NCBI RefSeq assembly: GCF_006345805.1
Contig: NW_021833870.1
Location: 2,778 to 66,777 of the forward strand
DNA length: 64,000 nt
Source of the DNA: Octopus sinensis
Taxonomy: Eukaryota
Direction of reading: 5' to 3'
In this document: one piece after another, positions 1-13,244 of the stretch
Position numbering within the stretch: the first letter of the stretch is position 1
Layout of the letters: each line of letters starts with the position of its first letter
Translations under genes and position numbers: made by a program
The notes under the pieces: generated by a model
Database searches by the model: none
Seen by the model: only the letters and a program-made list of their open reading frames with translations
Told to the model about the DNA's origin: nothing

Positions 1-696
1 AAGAGATTCCACGGGAGTAAATTTATATTAAAAATCAAAACCAAACAGTGAGTAAGCAAGTATTTACATTTTTTAATGAAAATTTGGTACCGATTTCAAT
101 CGCTTTCAAAAAACCCGATGTAGGTATGCTGAAATAAAAGGGAAAATATTTTTAAATAAATAAGATAGAATTAATAACTTAATAACTAGTGTTATCAGAT
201 CTGGAAGTTCAGGTGTTTCTCTTACAAAAACCATATGGGTTCTGGTGTTTCGTTTACCTTCTGATTGTTCAACAATTCAACATTAAACCGAAGGATCAGT
301 CAGTACGTTTTTTTAGTAGAGTACACATTAAACTTTTACACCGGAAAGGTTGACAGTGACTTCGATGTTTCCGTTTGTCACTCGTCACCAAACGGAATGA
401 AAGTCTAAAACATGTGTCAGTCTTTTCCGTGTTAAAATTAACACACAAATACATGTAATAATGTGTATGTGTATATATATATATAAACATATAATATGTA
501 ATATACAACAAAAGACGTGGGTGTATTTCTACGCAGGAAAAATATGGGCAAATTTGTTGTTGAGAATGCACCTAAATTTGAAAAACTTGTAATTGTTTAA
601 AATTAATTAATTACATTAATATAAAATATATATATATATATAGATATAATAATATATATATCATATATTATATATTATATATATTATATACTATAT

Positions 697-731
<35 letters not shown>

Positions 732-760
732 ATATACTCCCACACATATATATATATATC

Positions 761-1005
761 CAAATTGAGTGAACGGAGCAGGTAAAATCCAGGTTACGTA
801 TGTTTCCAAGCTATTCTTAGCTAGCAGATCCTCGGAAGAAATAATTACTCAACAAGGGGTACATCGAAGATGCCTTAGTTAAATGAAGATTACATTATCG
901 TTAAAGTACCACAATTTAACTCGTCGGAGATAGACTTCAAAATTATAAATTAATATTAGTTAGCATATGGAGCCTGAATTTTACCTGTTCCATTCCATCA
1001 ATTTG
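761..1005. mobile_element. MITE-like element with ~44-bp imperfect terminal inverted repeats
   Basis: The left end caaattgagtgaacggagcaggtaaaatccaggttacgtatg is the imperfect reverse complement of the right end catatggagcctgaattttacctgttccattccatcaatttg; no ORF between them. Confidence 0.6.
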
Positions 1006-1177
1006 AATTTTTACTAGCATTTATCGAACTTCGATAAGCCTAGAACCTTCCATGCTAATAGATTATTATTATTCCTGAAAGTTGCTTTTTATACCTACCA
1101 CGGACTGCTCGAACCTTACTAACTTCCTACTTTTAGATCTTTGGATCTTACAATTCCATATCAATACATATACTACT

Positions 1178-1742
1178 TTCTACTGGAAGTACAAGGCCTC
1201 AAATTTGGGGAAAGGATAAATCGATTACATCCACCCCAGTGTTTCACTTAATTTATCGACCCCGAAAGGATGAAAGGCAAAGTCGACCCCGGTGGAATTT
1301 GAACTCAGAACGTATCGACAAACAAAATACCTATTTCTTTACTACCCACAAGGGGCTAAACAGAGAGGACAAACAAGGACAGACAAATGGATTAAGTCGA
1401 TTATATCGACCCAGTGCGTAAATGGTACTTATTTAATCGACCCCGAAAGGATGAAAGGCAAAGTCGACCCCGGTGCAATTTGAACTCAGAACGTATCGAC
1501 AAACAAAATACCTATTTCTTTACTACCCACATGGGGCCAAACACAGAGAGAAAAAACAAGGACAGACAAATGGACTAAGTCGATTATATCGACCCAGTGC
1601 GTGACTGGTACTTATCTAATCGACCCCGAAAGGATGAAAGGCAAAGTCGATCTCGGTGGAATTTGAACTCAAAACGTATCGACAACGAATTATCGTTAAG
1701 CACTTCGCCTGGCGTGCTAACGATTCTGCCTGCTCGCCACCT
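1178..1742 (-). mobile_element. Tandem trimer of an octopod tRNA-derived SINE (family 1)
   Basis: Three consecutive copies of the core tcgaccccgaaaggatgaaaggcaaagtcgac..ggaatttgaactc. The minus strand shows a tRNA-like head (ggtggcgagcaggcagaatcgttagc) and B-box-like gagttcaaat; units 2-3 are headless. Confidence 0.85.
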
Positions 1743-2122
1743 TATTATAGATATATATAATAGTAGCGACATACAACCCAAAATGTTGATGTATAATGCT
1801 TGTGTATATAGTTACGGAATTTCAACAGCTGGATGTATATATGATATTTTTTTATTATATGACTCCTTATGCAGCAGTCTATAGAAACCAGTAATCTCAC
1901 GCTACTATAAATTATAGACCTATACTGTAGATCTATAGTATGGTATAGTATACTAAAGATTTTATAGCATACCATACTATATTCTATACTACTCCATACT
2001 AGAAAACCACGCAATATGGCTGACACTACAGATGCGATAAATTCGCAAATAATTTTGTTGCTATTTAGCAAAGTATTCAACACTTCATTGTGTTTTGTCA
2101 TTTCTGCTTCTCTTTTACATAG

Positions 2123-2219
<97 letters not shown>

Positions 2220-2615
2220 ACACATTTAGTCTTATATCCATGTAAGGCTCAAAGATGTTTTTCTTTTATGACAAACAGAAGTGTGCAACGGTTCGATCAT
2301 CTTCCCCCCAAGGGGAATGGAGAAAGAGAGGACGACAAAGACAATAAGAAATTGTGAGAAATCATTATTCTACTTCCGGTTTTGTTGTGTGAGTATTTAT
2401 TATATTAATGATGTCATTGCTGTTGTTATAGTTGCAGTTGTGGCTGCTTCTAATGTTGTTCTTAGTCGTGATGGTGGTGGTGGTCGTCGTCGTGGTATAT
2501 GCTGTTGCTGTTTGTAGTTTTATCCCATATATATATATATATATATATATATGTTATATGTATGTATGTATGCATATGTATGTATATATATGTGTGTGTG
2601 TGTATATGTATATAT

Positions 2616-2662
<47 letters not shown>

Positions 2663-2718
2663 CATACTACAATATATATATATAATATTACACGAACACC
2701 ACACACACACACACACAC

Positions 2719-2766
<48 letters not shown>

Positions 2767-3065
2767 CATACATGCAGACATACATGCAAGTGGGCATTTA
2801 GCGAAGTGAGAAATTTGAATCTTGTTTAAATCACACATTTTTACACACACACACACACACACATACACACTCAAATCACATACACGAAGGTAATGTGCAT
2901 GCAGAACGTCTCTCAACGACATGCGCGTGTGTGTGTGCACGCGCGCGTGTATATATGTGAACTAGAAAAGGAGACACAAGAACATACACACACCCATATT
3001 TGTACGCACATAGGAAATGCATATACCCATACGTACAGAGGTTAGTGTTTATATACATGTACACA

Positions 3066-3119
<54 letters not shown>

Positions 3120-3298
3120 AGTCATACTATGACGTGTAAACCATAAGTAATGTATATGCTATTGAAATTGAAGTAAAATGTGAAAACACAAAAAATGCTG
3201 AACACGAAATTATATATGCGTGTGCATGTGTGTGTATGTGTGTGTGTATGTGCGTGTATTGCTGTGTGTATGTACGTGTGTATATATAATAGATGTAA

Positions 3299-3363
<65 letters not shown>

Positions 3364-3408
3364 ATTATATATACATATCAACATTTACATATACATCTTT
3401 GATATAAG

Positions 3409-3462
<54 letters not shown>

Positions 3463-3820
3463 TGTATGTATGTATGTATGTATGTATGTATGTAGTAATG
3501 TTATTTAAATTTATGTTTGCTAAAGAACATTTTATAATCTGATGGTGAAATGTAATTTCTTGTTGTTGACGGAACATATTTTTACTGTTATTTGCTGTTG
3601 TCGTTCTTCAAATCTCTTTGATCTTGTCTTAATAGACTTTCTGCCTTGGAACTTCGGTTGCATTCCACTCACGCACATACCTTTTAGAGTTTCAGCAGTT
3701 GACTACATACATGTAGCCATGCATACATACATGTAGCCATGCATACATATATACATGTGCCAATAATATATAGGTACACAGACAGACAGTGTCATGTACA
3801 TCCATCAAACACAGACATAT

Positions 3821-3877
<57 letters not shown>

Positions 3878-3879
3878 AG

Positions 3880-3966
<87 letters not shown>

Positions 3967-4794
3967 GGAGAGACTCTGTGTGTGATTGTGTGCGTATACA
4001 CACATTTCGATGTATATGTATGTATTTATGTATGTATATATACATATATATATATAACAACGATCATCTAAAGAGATATATGCGTGCACATGTATAAATA
4101 AAACCGTATACCTATTTACACACGCGATCAAATAACTATAGATGCAGATGACGAATTTATAGTTTTATGGATTCCTTGTCATCTTCCATGATGACTGTTC
4201 TTGTTGTCCGACTAACCGAACTCTCTCGTCATTATATCATTTTATATGTAGTTGAGTATTCCAAAGACACTTGAGCAGGTTACATAATCCTTGAACAGTT
4301 TTATCGCACCACAGCGTGCAACAAGGCTGATCCTTTGAATCACATTTTCAGCACATGTCTCGACTCCAGTTTTAGTAGCATGGCTCGTGTTCCACCATGA
4401 CTGCACAAGAAGATACTTGCCGAAGATTCAGACCAGAAATTTATGTCTATTATTTCTTGGGAGATATTCAATGACATAATTGCTTACAATGTCCAGCCTG
4501 ACATACTGCTTGCTTTAAATGTAAGAAAGACAAATACATTTACAAGGCTTGTAGATCCTCAAAAGAACTAGTGAGTACACCTTTCTCTCTGAGACACTTG
4601 TATACTTTGTGTTAAAAAAAAAAACTACATCATTGATTTGGTTGTTGCGGAACGTCTCTAAAATGGTTCCTTAACAAAGGTTGTTCTGAAAATGCTTTCC
4701 CTGAGTTTCCAACCATAGACTACAAGGGTATTCTATAAACTGGCTTCAAGTAAATTCTTTAAGCTAATCAAGAATTATTATGAACTAGTTGCAG

Positions 4795-5075
4795 ATGAGG
4801 CTGTGTAGTAAGAAGTTTGCTTGGGTTCAATCCTACTGCTTGACACCTTGGGGGAGTGTCTTCTACTGTAGCCTCGGGTCAACCAAGGCCTTGTGAGTGG
4901 ACTGGTTGACGGAAACCGAAAGAAGCCTATCATGTGTGTGTGTGTGTTCGTACTCCACCACTGTTGGTGTGTTTTACGTCCCTGTAATCTAATGGTTCGG
5001 CAAAAGAGACCGATTGAATATGCACCAGGCTTAAAAGAAAGTAAGTTAGGTGTCTTGGGGGAAATTTCGAAGGGT
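4795..5075 (+). mobile_element. Degraded tRNA-derived CORE-like SINE (family 2)
   Basis: ggctgtgtagtaag..gggttcaatcc..accttggggagtgtcttctactgtagcctcggg..ccttgtgagtgga matches the copies at 39550-39990, 48123-48540 and 52695-53080. Confidence 0.75.
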
Positions 5076-5078
5076 AGA

Positions 5079-5300
5079 CGAACATCGCAAACTGTGATAC
5101 GAGAAGATACTGATAAATCGGGTATAGCTGATCATGTATGGACAAATGGAGTCCACCTTCCCCTGTGGGATGAAGTTAAAATAATAGACAGAGAACACCA
5201 CTGGAAAATATGAAAACTGAAAGAAGCAGCACATATACTAGGACACAACAACCTCCTAAGACCGGGTGCAGATATGAGTATTATATGGGAACCGGTATAA
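5079..5300 (+). pseudogene. Penelope-like element GIY-YIG C-terminal fragment
   Basis: Translates as DTDKSGIADHVWTNGVHLPLWDEVKIIDREHHWKI*KLKEAAHILGHNNLL, typical of PLE endonuclease C-termini (KS.IA.H..W.EVKII..E..W..RKLKEA.HI); one internal stop. Confidence 0.75.
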
Positions 5301-5788
5301 AGGAAGGAGAGGAAAATATTAGATCTATCTCTTATTATAAAAGGCAGATTTTATCTGCCTCCCTTTGTATCTTATAGAAATCTACAATATAGGATTTCTT
5401 CAATTACAATTTACCTAGCATTTTTAAGAGTAGAATGCATCGGGTCGTGCCAGGTCCACTTTTTAAAATTTCAACCCCAATTAAGCAAAATTTAGAGAAA
5501 ACTCACATTGTGGTGTATGAGTCAAATGCTTCTCTTAGTGTGGGATACAGCACACGCAAACGCACACACACAGTGTGCAACGAATAAAATGAAAGTAATT
5601 CACTTTCTGTAGTGAGTGACTCTTCACTCTGCTCCCACTTCCTCTTTACACACATAGACACGCAAATATATAAAATAAAATTGTAAGCAACGTGCGTGTG
5701 TGTAGTGTGTGTGTGTGTGTGCGTGTGTGTGTGTGTGAGTAGGGTGCGTGTGTGTGTGTGTGTGTGCGTGTGCGTGGTGTGTGACAGG

Positions 5789-6463
5789 AAAGTTTTTTAC
5801 GACGAATATAAGACCTATATCCAAGTAGCAGAAAGATCGACCAAAAGTGTATATAGATATTTAAATGTATTTATATATTCATCTATACACCGATGTATGT
5901 ATAATGTGTGTGTATATATTTCCATAGAGGTAACCTTTCACTCCATACAAAGTTTTTTAGGACGAATATAAGATCTAAAGTATTATACAAGTAGCAGAAA
6001 GATCGCCCAAAAGTTGTATATAGATATTTAAATGTATTATAATATTCATCTATACACAGATGTATGTATAATGTGTGTGTATATATTTCTATAGACGAAC
6101 CATTCACTCCGCACAAAGTTTTTTAAGGACGAAAATAACATCTAAAGTTATCTCTAAGTAGCACAAAGATCGCCCAAAAGTGTATATAGATTATAAATGA
6201 TTTATATATCATCTATGCACACATGTATGTATAACGTGTGTGTATATATTTCCATAGAGTAACCATTCACTCCGCACAAAGTTTTTTAGGACGAAAATAA
6301 CATCTAAAGTTATCTCTAAGTCACACAAATGTCGCCCAAAAGTGTATATAGATATATAAATGTATTTATTATATTCTCTATGCACACATGTATGTAATAA
6401 CGTGTGTGTATATATTTCCATAGAGGTAACCATTCAATCATACAAAGTTTTTTGGACGAAAAT
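5789..6463 (+). repeat. ~164-bp tandem repeat, 4 units plus a partial fifth
   Basis: Units start aaagtttttt.(g)gacgaa at 5789, 5949, 6115, 6278 and 6444 (periods 160-166 bp). Confidence 0.9.
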
Positions 6464-6464
6464 A

Positions 6465-7303
6465 TTTATATATAAAAGAAAGGTGTGTGTCTGTCTACTC
6501 CGATTTAGATTGCTAACTACTCCACATTTTGCGATGCAGTTTAACCAAAACCGGGTATCTTATAGTCGTGATTCATATCGAGCCCTTCTGGTATTAGCCG
6601 CACGTCTACGATGAGTCGATGATTTTACAAATAATTTACCATCCTTTTTTCCATTTTAATGCATATTTTTTTAATAAAGGGAAGTAACCTCTCAAACTTC
6701 ACACCAATATGCGTGCTCATATGCGACGTAATATCACATCAGCAGCATTTCCTCACACCCTCATTGCACTTGGCGAAGGCAAAATACCAGGGGATGAAAA
6801 TGGTAATATTGCCATCGATTCCATTTGTACCATTGTTAAGACGCCTTCTGATCTCAGAGATGCAGTGTTCCCAGATCTACAAGCTAATTATCAGAATATG
6901 GATTGGATTGGCAAAAAGGCAATACTGGCCCCGAGGAATAAAACTGTTCACCATATTAATGATGAAATGCTAAAACTCATTCCTGGGGAAGTCTATGTAT
7001 ATCAGTCTATCGATACAACTCCTGACCCAGAGGACGTCATCAACTATCCCATAGAGGTACTCAATTCCTTTGAGCACCCCGGACTACCACCACACTTTCT
7101 CAACTTAAAGTTGTGCCCCTATAATGCTCATCAGAATTTGGTTCCCCCAAAACAATGCAATGGCACACGTTTGATCGTTAAGTCCTTATCTCCCACCGTA
7201 AACTTATATCAATATTTGCCTGAATAATCATCATAATTCAGTGCAATCATTAACAGTACTTTCAAGCAATTCAGCCCCGAGCAACGCCGGGCAATTCTGC
7301 TAG
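6465..7303 (+). mobile_element. Helitron internal-deletion derivative with both termini and a Pif1-like helicase fragment
   Basis: 5' end a|tttatatataaaag (TC start decayed to TT); 3' hairpin cccgagcaacgccggg (7276-7291), then CTAG (7300-7303) and T, consistent with an AT target; helicase motifs inside. Confidence 0.85.
6694..7200 (+). pseudogene. Helitron RepHel helicase fragment (frameshifted)
   Basis: LHTNMR, KAILAPRN, INDEML, YPIEVLNSFEHPGLPPHFLNLK, then after a frameshift NLVPPKQCNGTRLIVKSL: canonical Helitron/Pif1 helicase motifs. Confidence 0.9.
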
Positions 7304-7333
7304 TAAGTCCTAAAATTCACTCCATAATTACCC

Positions 7334-7627
<294 letters not shown>

Positions 7628-8334
7628 TCATATTTTTTGTGTTTTAACCTTGTTACGCTCCATAATAACTGTTCTCAAGCCATTGATTGTTGTTACAGCT
7701 TTCTCTCAGAGTAGGAACTGATTATTGATATGAAGCCTTATTGTTCCCGAGAGAAATCCATCAGGTCTAATAAACAAACAAACTTGTATTACGACATTTA
7801 TTATTAGAAACATTGAACTAAGTTTCTCTCCCAGAGAGAATTTGTTGAGGAGACACATCTGTAATATATATACGAATCAGAGTTCGATTATTGGAATCAA
7901 AGCCACAAATGCTCACATGTTTCCGCGATGATCAATTAGATACCATAGCCATTAGGTGCTAAAGCCTGTCAGAAGATATCACACAGATAAGGAAGGTCAG
8001 GGTGGAACATGACGAGATGCTCCAACTGACCACATCAAGATTCCTGACAATTAATTTGACTTCTCTAATTCTTAAGATAATGCAATTAAACAACCAATCA
8101 ATGAAACTAAAGATTATTCATTGATCTTTGGCCCATGCCCTCCAACTTAGAATAAAGGACCAGCTAAAGATTATGGTTGCAATTATAAACACATTTTGAA
8201 TATTGTTCTGATGATTTATTCGGTATAAAATATTGGTCGAAAATAATGACGGACGTAAGTGGTCTTGGAGGGGTGGAGGGGGAAGAGGAAGATAAAGAAT
8301 GTGATGATTTCATACCATTACGATAAGAGAAGAC

Positions 8335-8530
8335 GGCAAGCTAGCAGAGTTGTTAGTATGTTGGATAAAATGCTTAACTATATTTCTTCCTGTTCTTTAC
8401 GTTCTGAGTTCAAATTCTGCCGAGGTCGACTTTGCCCCTCATCCATTCGAATGCCGATAAAATAAGAACCATTTGAGCACTAGGATCTTTATAATCGACT
8501 GCCCTCTATCCCATCAATTTGGTGGTGCTC
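8335..8530 (+). mobile_element. Degraded family-1 SINE
   Basis: gcaagctagcagagttgttag..ttacgttctgagttcaaattctgccgaggtcgactttgcc. Confidence 0.75.
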
Positions 8531-8552
8531 AGCTATGATTTGAAACCATTAT

Positions 8553-8769
8553 TTTTTTCTTTTTCTCTAGGCACAAGGCCCGAAATTTGGGGGAAGGGGG
8601 CCAGTCAATTAGATCGAACCCAGTACGCAACTAGTACTTAATTTATCGACCCCGAAAAGATGAAAGGTAAAGTCGACCTCGGCGGAATTTGAACTCAGAA
8701 CATAAAGATAAACGAAGTACCGCTAAGCATTTCGCCCGGCGTGCTAACGTTTCTGCCATCTCGCCGCCT
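8553..8769 (-). mobile_element. Full-length family-1 SINE with a 17-bp target-site duplication
   Basis: Intact head (aggcggcgag.tggcagaaacgttagcacgccgggcg), core and tail; flanked by tgatttgaaaccattat at 8536-8552 and 8770-8786. Confidence 0.9.
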
Positions 8770-10301
8770 TGATTTGAAACCATTATGATAAGAGACATGG
8801 TTAATTGTACACGAGATACTAAAGCTGCTGCTGCTGTTGCTGCTGGTTGTTACCTGCTGCTGCTGCTGCTACTGCTGCTGCCTGTTGCTGGTTGTTACCT
8901 GCTGCTACTGCTGCTTCTGCCACTGCTGACCCATCTTCTCCTGCTTCAATAAATACCTTATAACCTATTATCACTTTCATTTCTGAAGCTGTGGTATGCT
9001 GCCAGAAGTTGTGGAGTGATCCTGTAATTCACTTACCATGAGGCTTGGTAGGTTTGTTTGGCCCAGGGCGAAAGCCTAACAGGCAGAAGACTCCGTGTCC
9101 AGCTATAGTGAAATAGAGCTTGTGAATAGTTGTCGCAAAACAGCTTGTTCAATGCAGCAGCTAAACACCAAAAAACTGCAACGGTGCCCCAGCATGGCCA
9201 TAGCTCGCAGACTGAAATAGGTAAAATATTTAAAACTAAGGAGAAAACAATTTCAGTGAATTAAAACCAGGGTTATTCTTGATCGTACACAATATAAGGA
9301 GAGAATGTAATGTGCCCTGCCCTTATATAAGATGAATTGGTGGGTTCTGAGGGGGAGTTGCTAATAATTTCTTGGTGGTGCTACTATTATAGGATCGTTC
9401 ATTGGAGCATTGTTATGGGTTTTAGTGAAGAAGCCTTTATTCACAGCGTAGCAGGGGGCTTTATAAAATACTTAACAGAACCAATCTCGTTGCAAAGTGT
9501 ATCTTGGACGGCGCCAAATTTACCAATCCGGAACTGATAAGATCTGAACAGTTTTGTTCCTTTTTTCATTTATGGCTCTTTCTAATTATTAGAGAAACAC
9601 ATGAGGTGGGGCGGAGTTTCAATGCCGCAGTCAACTGTTACATGTTCCGCCTTGATATATTCCATCTTTTTCCCTTTTCTTCAATTTTCTCTTTTACTTC
9701 CTGTCCGCCTACACTAATTTGAAAACAACGCACAATATTATTTCCTTTTTTTCTTTCTCTTTTTTCTTCTTCCTGTTCGCCTGCATTGATCTGAAGATAA
9801 CGCACAATACTATCTCTTTCAATTTTCTTATCTTGTGTCTATATATCTATCTCTATGTAAGTTGCAGTAATTCACAAGCACCACCTATAGATTCAACAGA
9901 AACCTTTTGATTGGTATAGAATGGTAAACATCCCTAAGTTAAACGTCGATACAACCAAAAGAAAAAAACATTAAATCAAAGTACCCGAGTAATAATGAAC
10001 CCCTTTAAGATCAAGAGATATTATAAATAATATTTACTAATATCCTATGGCTGAGAGAATGTTGTCACAAACACGTGTTATGCAGAAACGTATGTAGCAA
10101 TGTATTAATAAAATGTATAAAGTTCCATTCAAACAGTTTCTGGTTATTAATATTTTTATCCTATGCTATACGGTGTGCCGCATACATAACCATTCCATGC
10201 GATTACTCTGGAGGATGCGAATAATAAGCGGTAGCCAGCAATAAGTTGCATAGAAGCTTTTACGAGCGTACTCGGTGGCGTTTGCCGTACGCAAATTAAA
10301 A

Positions 10302-10342
<41 letters not shown>

Positions 10343-10489
10343 AAATATGGGGGGGGGGGTTTAGTTCACAGGTGATCTAAGCGATTATGTACGCTAGGTA
10401 AGTACTTTAACGGATTACTAGACCTCCAAGGTTATAGCCGAGACAGTAGTTATGGAGCCATTGCAGATTTTCGATATAGTGGATATATA

Positions 10490-10711
10490 ATTGTTAAAGA
10501 GGACAACAAACGTTAATGCAAGGCAAACATCTCAAATCATATACATTATTATTATTGGAAAAAAACAATCAGTCTTACAGCTGTTTCTAGGATATCCCAC
10601 AGTATGGCATATCCTAGAAACAGCTGTAAGACTGCATTTTTTCCAATAATAATAATATATATGACTTGAAATGTTTGCCTTGCCTTAACATTTGTTGTCC
10701 TCTTTAACAAT
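10490..10711. repeat. Foldback (palindromic) element with ~105-bp arms
   Basis: attgttaaagaggacaacaaacgttaa...ctaggatat, loop cccacagtatggc, then atatcctag...ttaacatttgttgtcctctttaacaat. Confidence 0.85.
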
Positions 10712-11436
10712 GATGTATGTTGGAAAAGTGAACATTTGTGTATATGCCTTGATATTTGCTTCGTACACACAAGAACAGGTTTACTCCGACTGTGTCATGG
10801 TTGGCTGGCTACTCTTTAAAGTATAATCATCCTCCACAGTTCTGCCCGTGAAGAGAATTTCCTTATAAACATTGTTTAAACCATACTTAACTAACCTTGT
10901 CGCTTCCGCTAACTACTAATTTGTTACTGACTTAACGTTTGCTTCAAAATATACTTCATAGGTGGAAGAGTGAAGATTTCTGTCCGTCAAAGTTAACCAA
11001 TCACTTATGAAGCATGTCAGGGCAATCTCCTTATTTTCCTGTTTGGGGAAGACAGTATCAAAATGTATTCACATTTGTTTACTTTCCACGTCTGTGCAAA
11101 AATTGTTTTATTAAATATTTAATCTCGCCAACAAATAAAGTAATTTCGCCGTTTCCACTAAGTACAAGTTCGTGAATGTTTTAAATATTGTTTGCGAGGA
11201 TTCATTTCCAAGTAAGAGGGATGAGTGAAGATATTAACAAGATGAATTCACATTTTTTTACTTTTCACTATCTAGATATCACAAACTGTAGTCCACACAC
11301 ACACACACATGCGCGCGCACACGAACACATACATATATTTCTTTCTTTATTTTTAATTGTTTCAGTCATTGCACTACGGCCATGCTGGGGCACCATCTCT
11401 ATATTATGTGTGTATGCATGTAAGATGTATGATGTG

Positions 11437-11468
<32 letters not shown>

Positions 11469-11669
11469 TGTATGTATGTATTTATGCATGTATGTATGTA
11501 TGTATGGATAGATGGATGGATGATGTATGTATGTATGCATGTATGATGTATGTATGAATGTATGTATGCATGTATGCATGTGTGTATGTATGATGTATGT
11601 ATGTATGTATGTATATATATATATATATATATATATGCGATAGATAGATAGATAGATAGATAGATAGAA

Positions 11670-11701
<32 letters not shown>

Positions 11702-11800
11702 GGACGGATGGACAGACAGACAGATAGACAGACAGACGGACAGACAGATAGACAGACAGACGGACAGACATACAGACAGACAGAAGACAGACAGACAGAC

Positions 11801-11881
<81 letters not shown>

Positions 11882-12599
11882 TTTTAATTCATTGACGAGA
11901 ATCTCGCATGGAACAAACATATCTTACCCTGTCAGGTTTTCAATACAGCATATGAAATCAGTCGTAGCAAACCAACAGAAAAACTACAGCTAGTACATAA
12001 TTTATCATGTTTTATTAGTAGACGACTAAAGAAGACAGAAAATGGCGGAATAGTACGAAAACAAAGGAGTTGTTCACGATTATCTCTGTATTTAATTTAC
12101 ACAGACTATCATCCAAGGTTGTATGAAAGAAAACAGTAATACGGGCACCTGTTGATCACGTTTTTTGTCTTGTTTTATATTGTATCTTTATATCTGCACG
12201 TTTAGGCATTGTTTTAAATTGTAAACATGCATTCACTGTAGGATGTTCAGTTAAGCAACAATTGATTTCACTTGATTGTCGAACTTGTAAGAAGGTAAAA
12301 GTATATAATTTCTACAAATAGATTCTATTGAAATGTTGTGTAATATTCTCAGCGAAGTGGATGTGACGTCGACACTGACAACAGATCTATACAGCTATGT
12401 GGGGTGGGGGGCTTGTTCATCTATAAGACACATCAGTCCACAAACACGCAACAACTTACATGCGCACGATTCTACGAACACTCGCACGCGCGCGCGCACA
12501 CACGTGATGGTCGCTCCCGTTGAAGACAGCCTGCACAGATTTTTATGTTTATAGTGACCAAATGCTTGGGCTATATATACATTAGCTCACTCTCTCTCC

Positions 12600-12770
12600 A
12601 TTAAATCGATGAATAGGAGCACGGTGTACCACGTGTCAGGTGTCGAAGGGATCGCAGAGCAACGCGAAGTTAAGTGTCTTACTCAAGAACATGATGCCCA
12701 CCGCTGGTCTAGGGATTGAAATCACCATCTTACGATCGTGAGTGCAACACCTTAGCGACCAGGCTATGTG
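12600..12770 (-). mobile_element. Degraded tRNA-derived SINE (family 4)
   Basis: aagtgtcttactcaagaac..gggattgaaatcaccatcttacgatcgtgagtgc..accaggctatgtgtcctc; related to 55560-55937. Confidence 0.6.
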
Positions 12771-12807
12771 TCCTCTTTACAAACACACACCCATATCTAT
12801 ATATATA

Positions 12808-12917
<110 letters not shown>

Positions 12918-13126
12918 CATACATATATATATACACACACACATACATATATATACATATATGTGTGTATACAATTGTTCGTTGTTTCCACCTGCCTTCG
13001 TTTTTTGTCTATTTTCATAAAGTTCCCGTTAATATATACACACACGCACATACATACATAGATATATGTATATCTATCTCTCTTTCTCTCTCTCTCTCTC
13101 ACTCTCTCTCTCTCTCTCTCTCTCTC

Positions 13127-13159
<33 letters not shown>

Positions 13160-13213
13160 CTAGCATACTAGCAGAAAACCACCCTTCGGAGTGTGTGTAT
13201 ATGTGTTTGCGTG

Positions 13214-13244
<31 letters not shown>

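Noticed and set aside
1239-1884. ORFs such as MFHLIYRPRKDERQSRPRWNLNSE
   Set aside because: They are antisense readings of the SINE core and recur wherever the SINE occurs.
4200-4620. Possible LINE RT remnant (SVQQG resembling GVKQG)
   Set aside because: A single weak motif without collinear support.
5789-6463. CRISPR-like array
   Set aside because: Whole units are repeated with no unique spacers, the context is eukaryotic, and no cas genes are present.
8823-8945. Minus-strand poly-Ala/poly-Gln reading (AAVAAGNNQQQ)
   Set aside because: A compound CAG/CTG microsatellite with no start codon, splice context or domain.
9031-9165. Possible minus-strand exon ending at ATG|GTAAGT
   Set aside because: One frame is open for about 40 codons but has no recognisable homology, and it adjoins a SINE tail; not supportable without RNA data.
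10372-10397. Possible 26-nt microexon (cag|...tag|gtaagt)
   Set aside because: It is preceded by a G-run rather than a polypyrimidine tract; likely chance.
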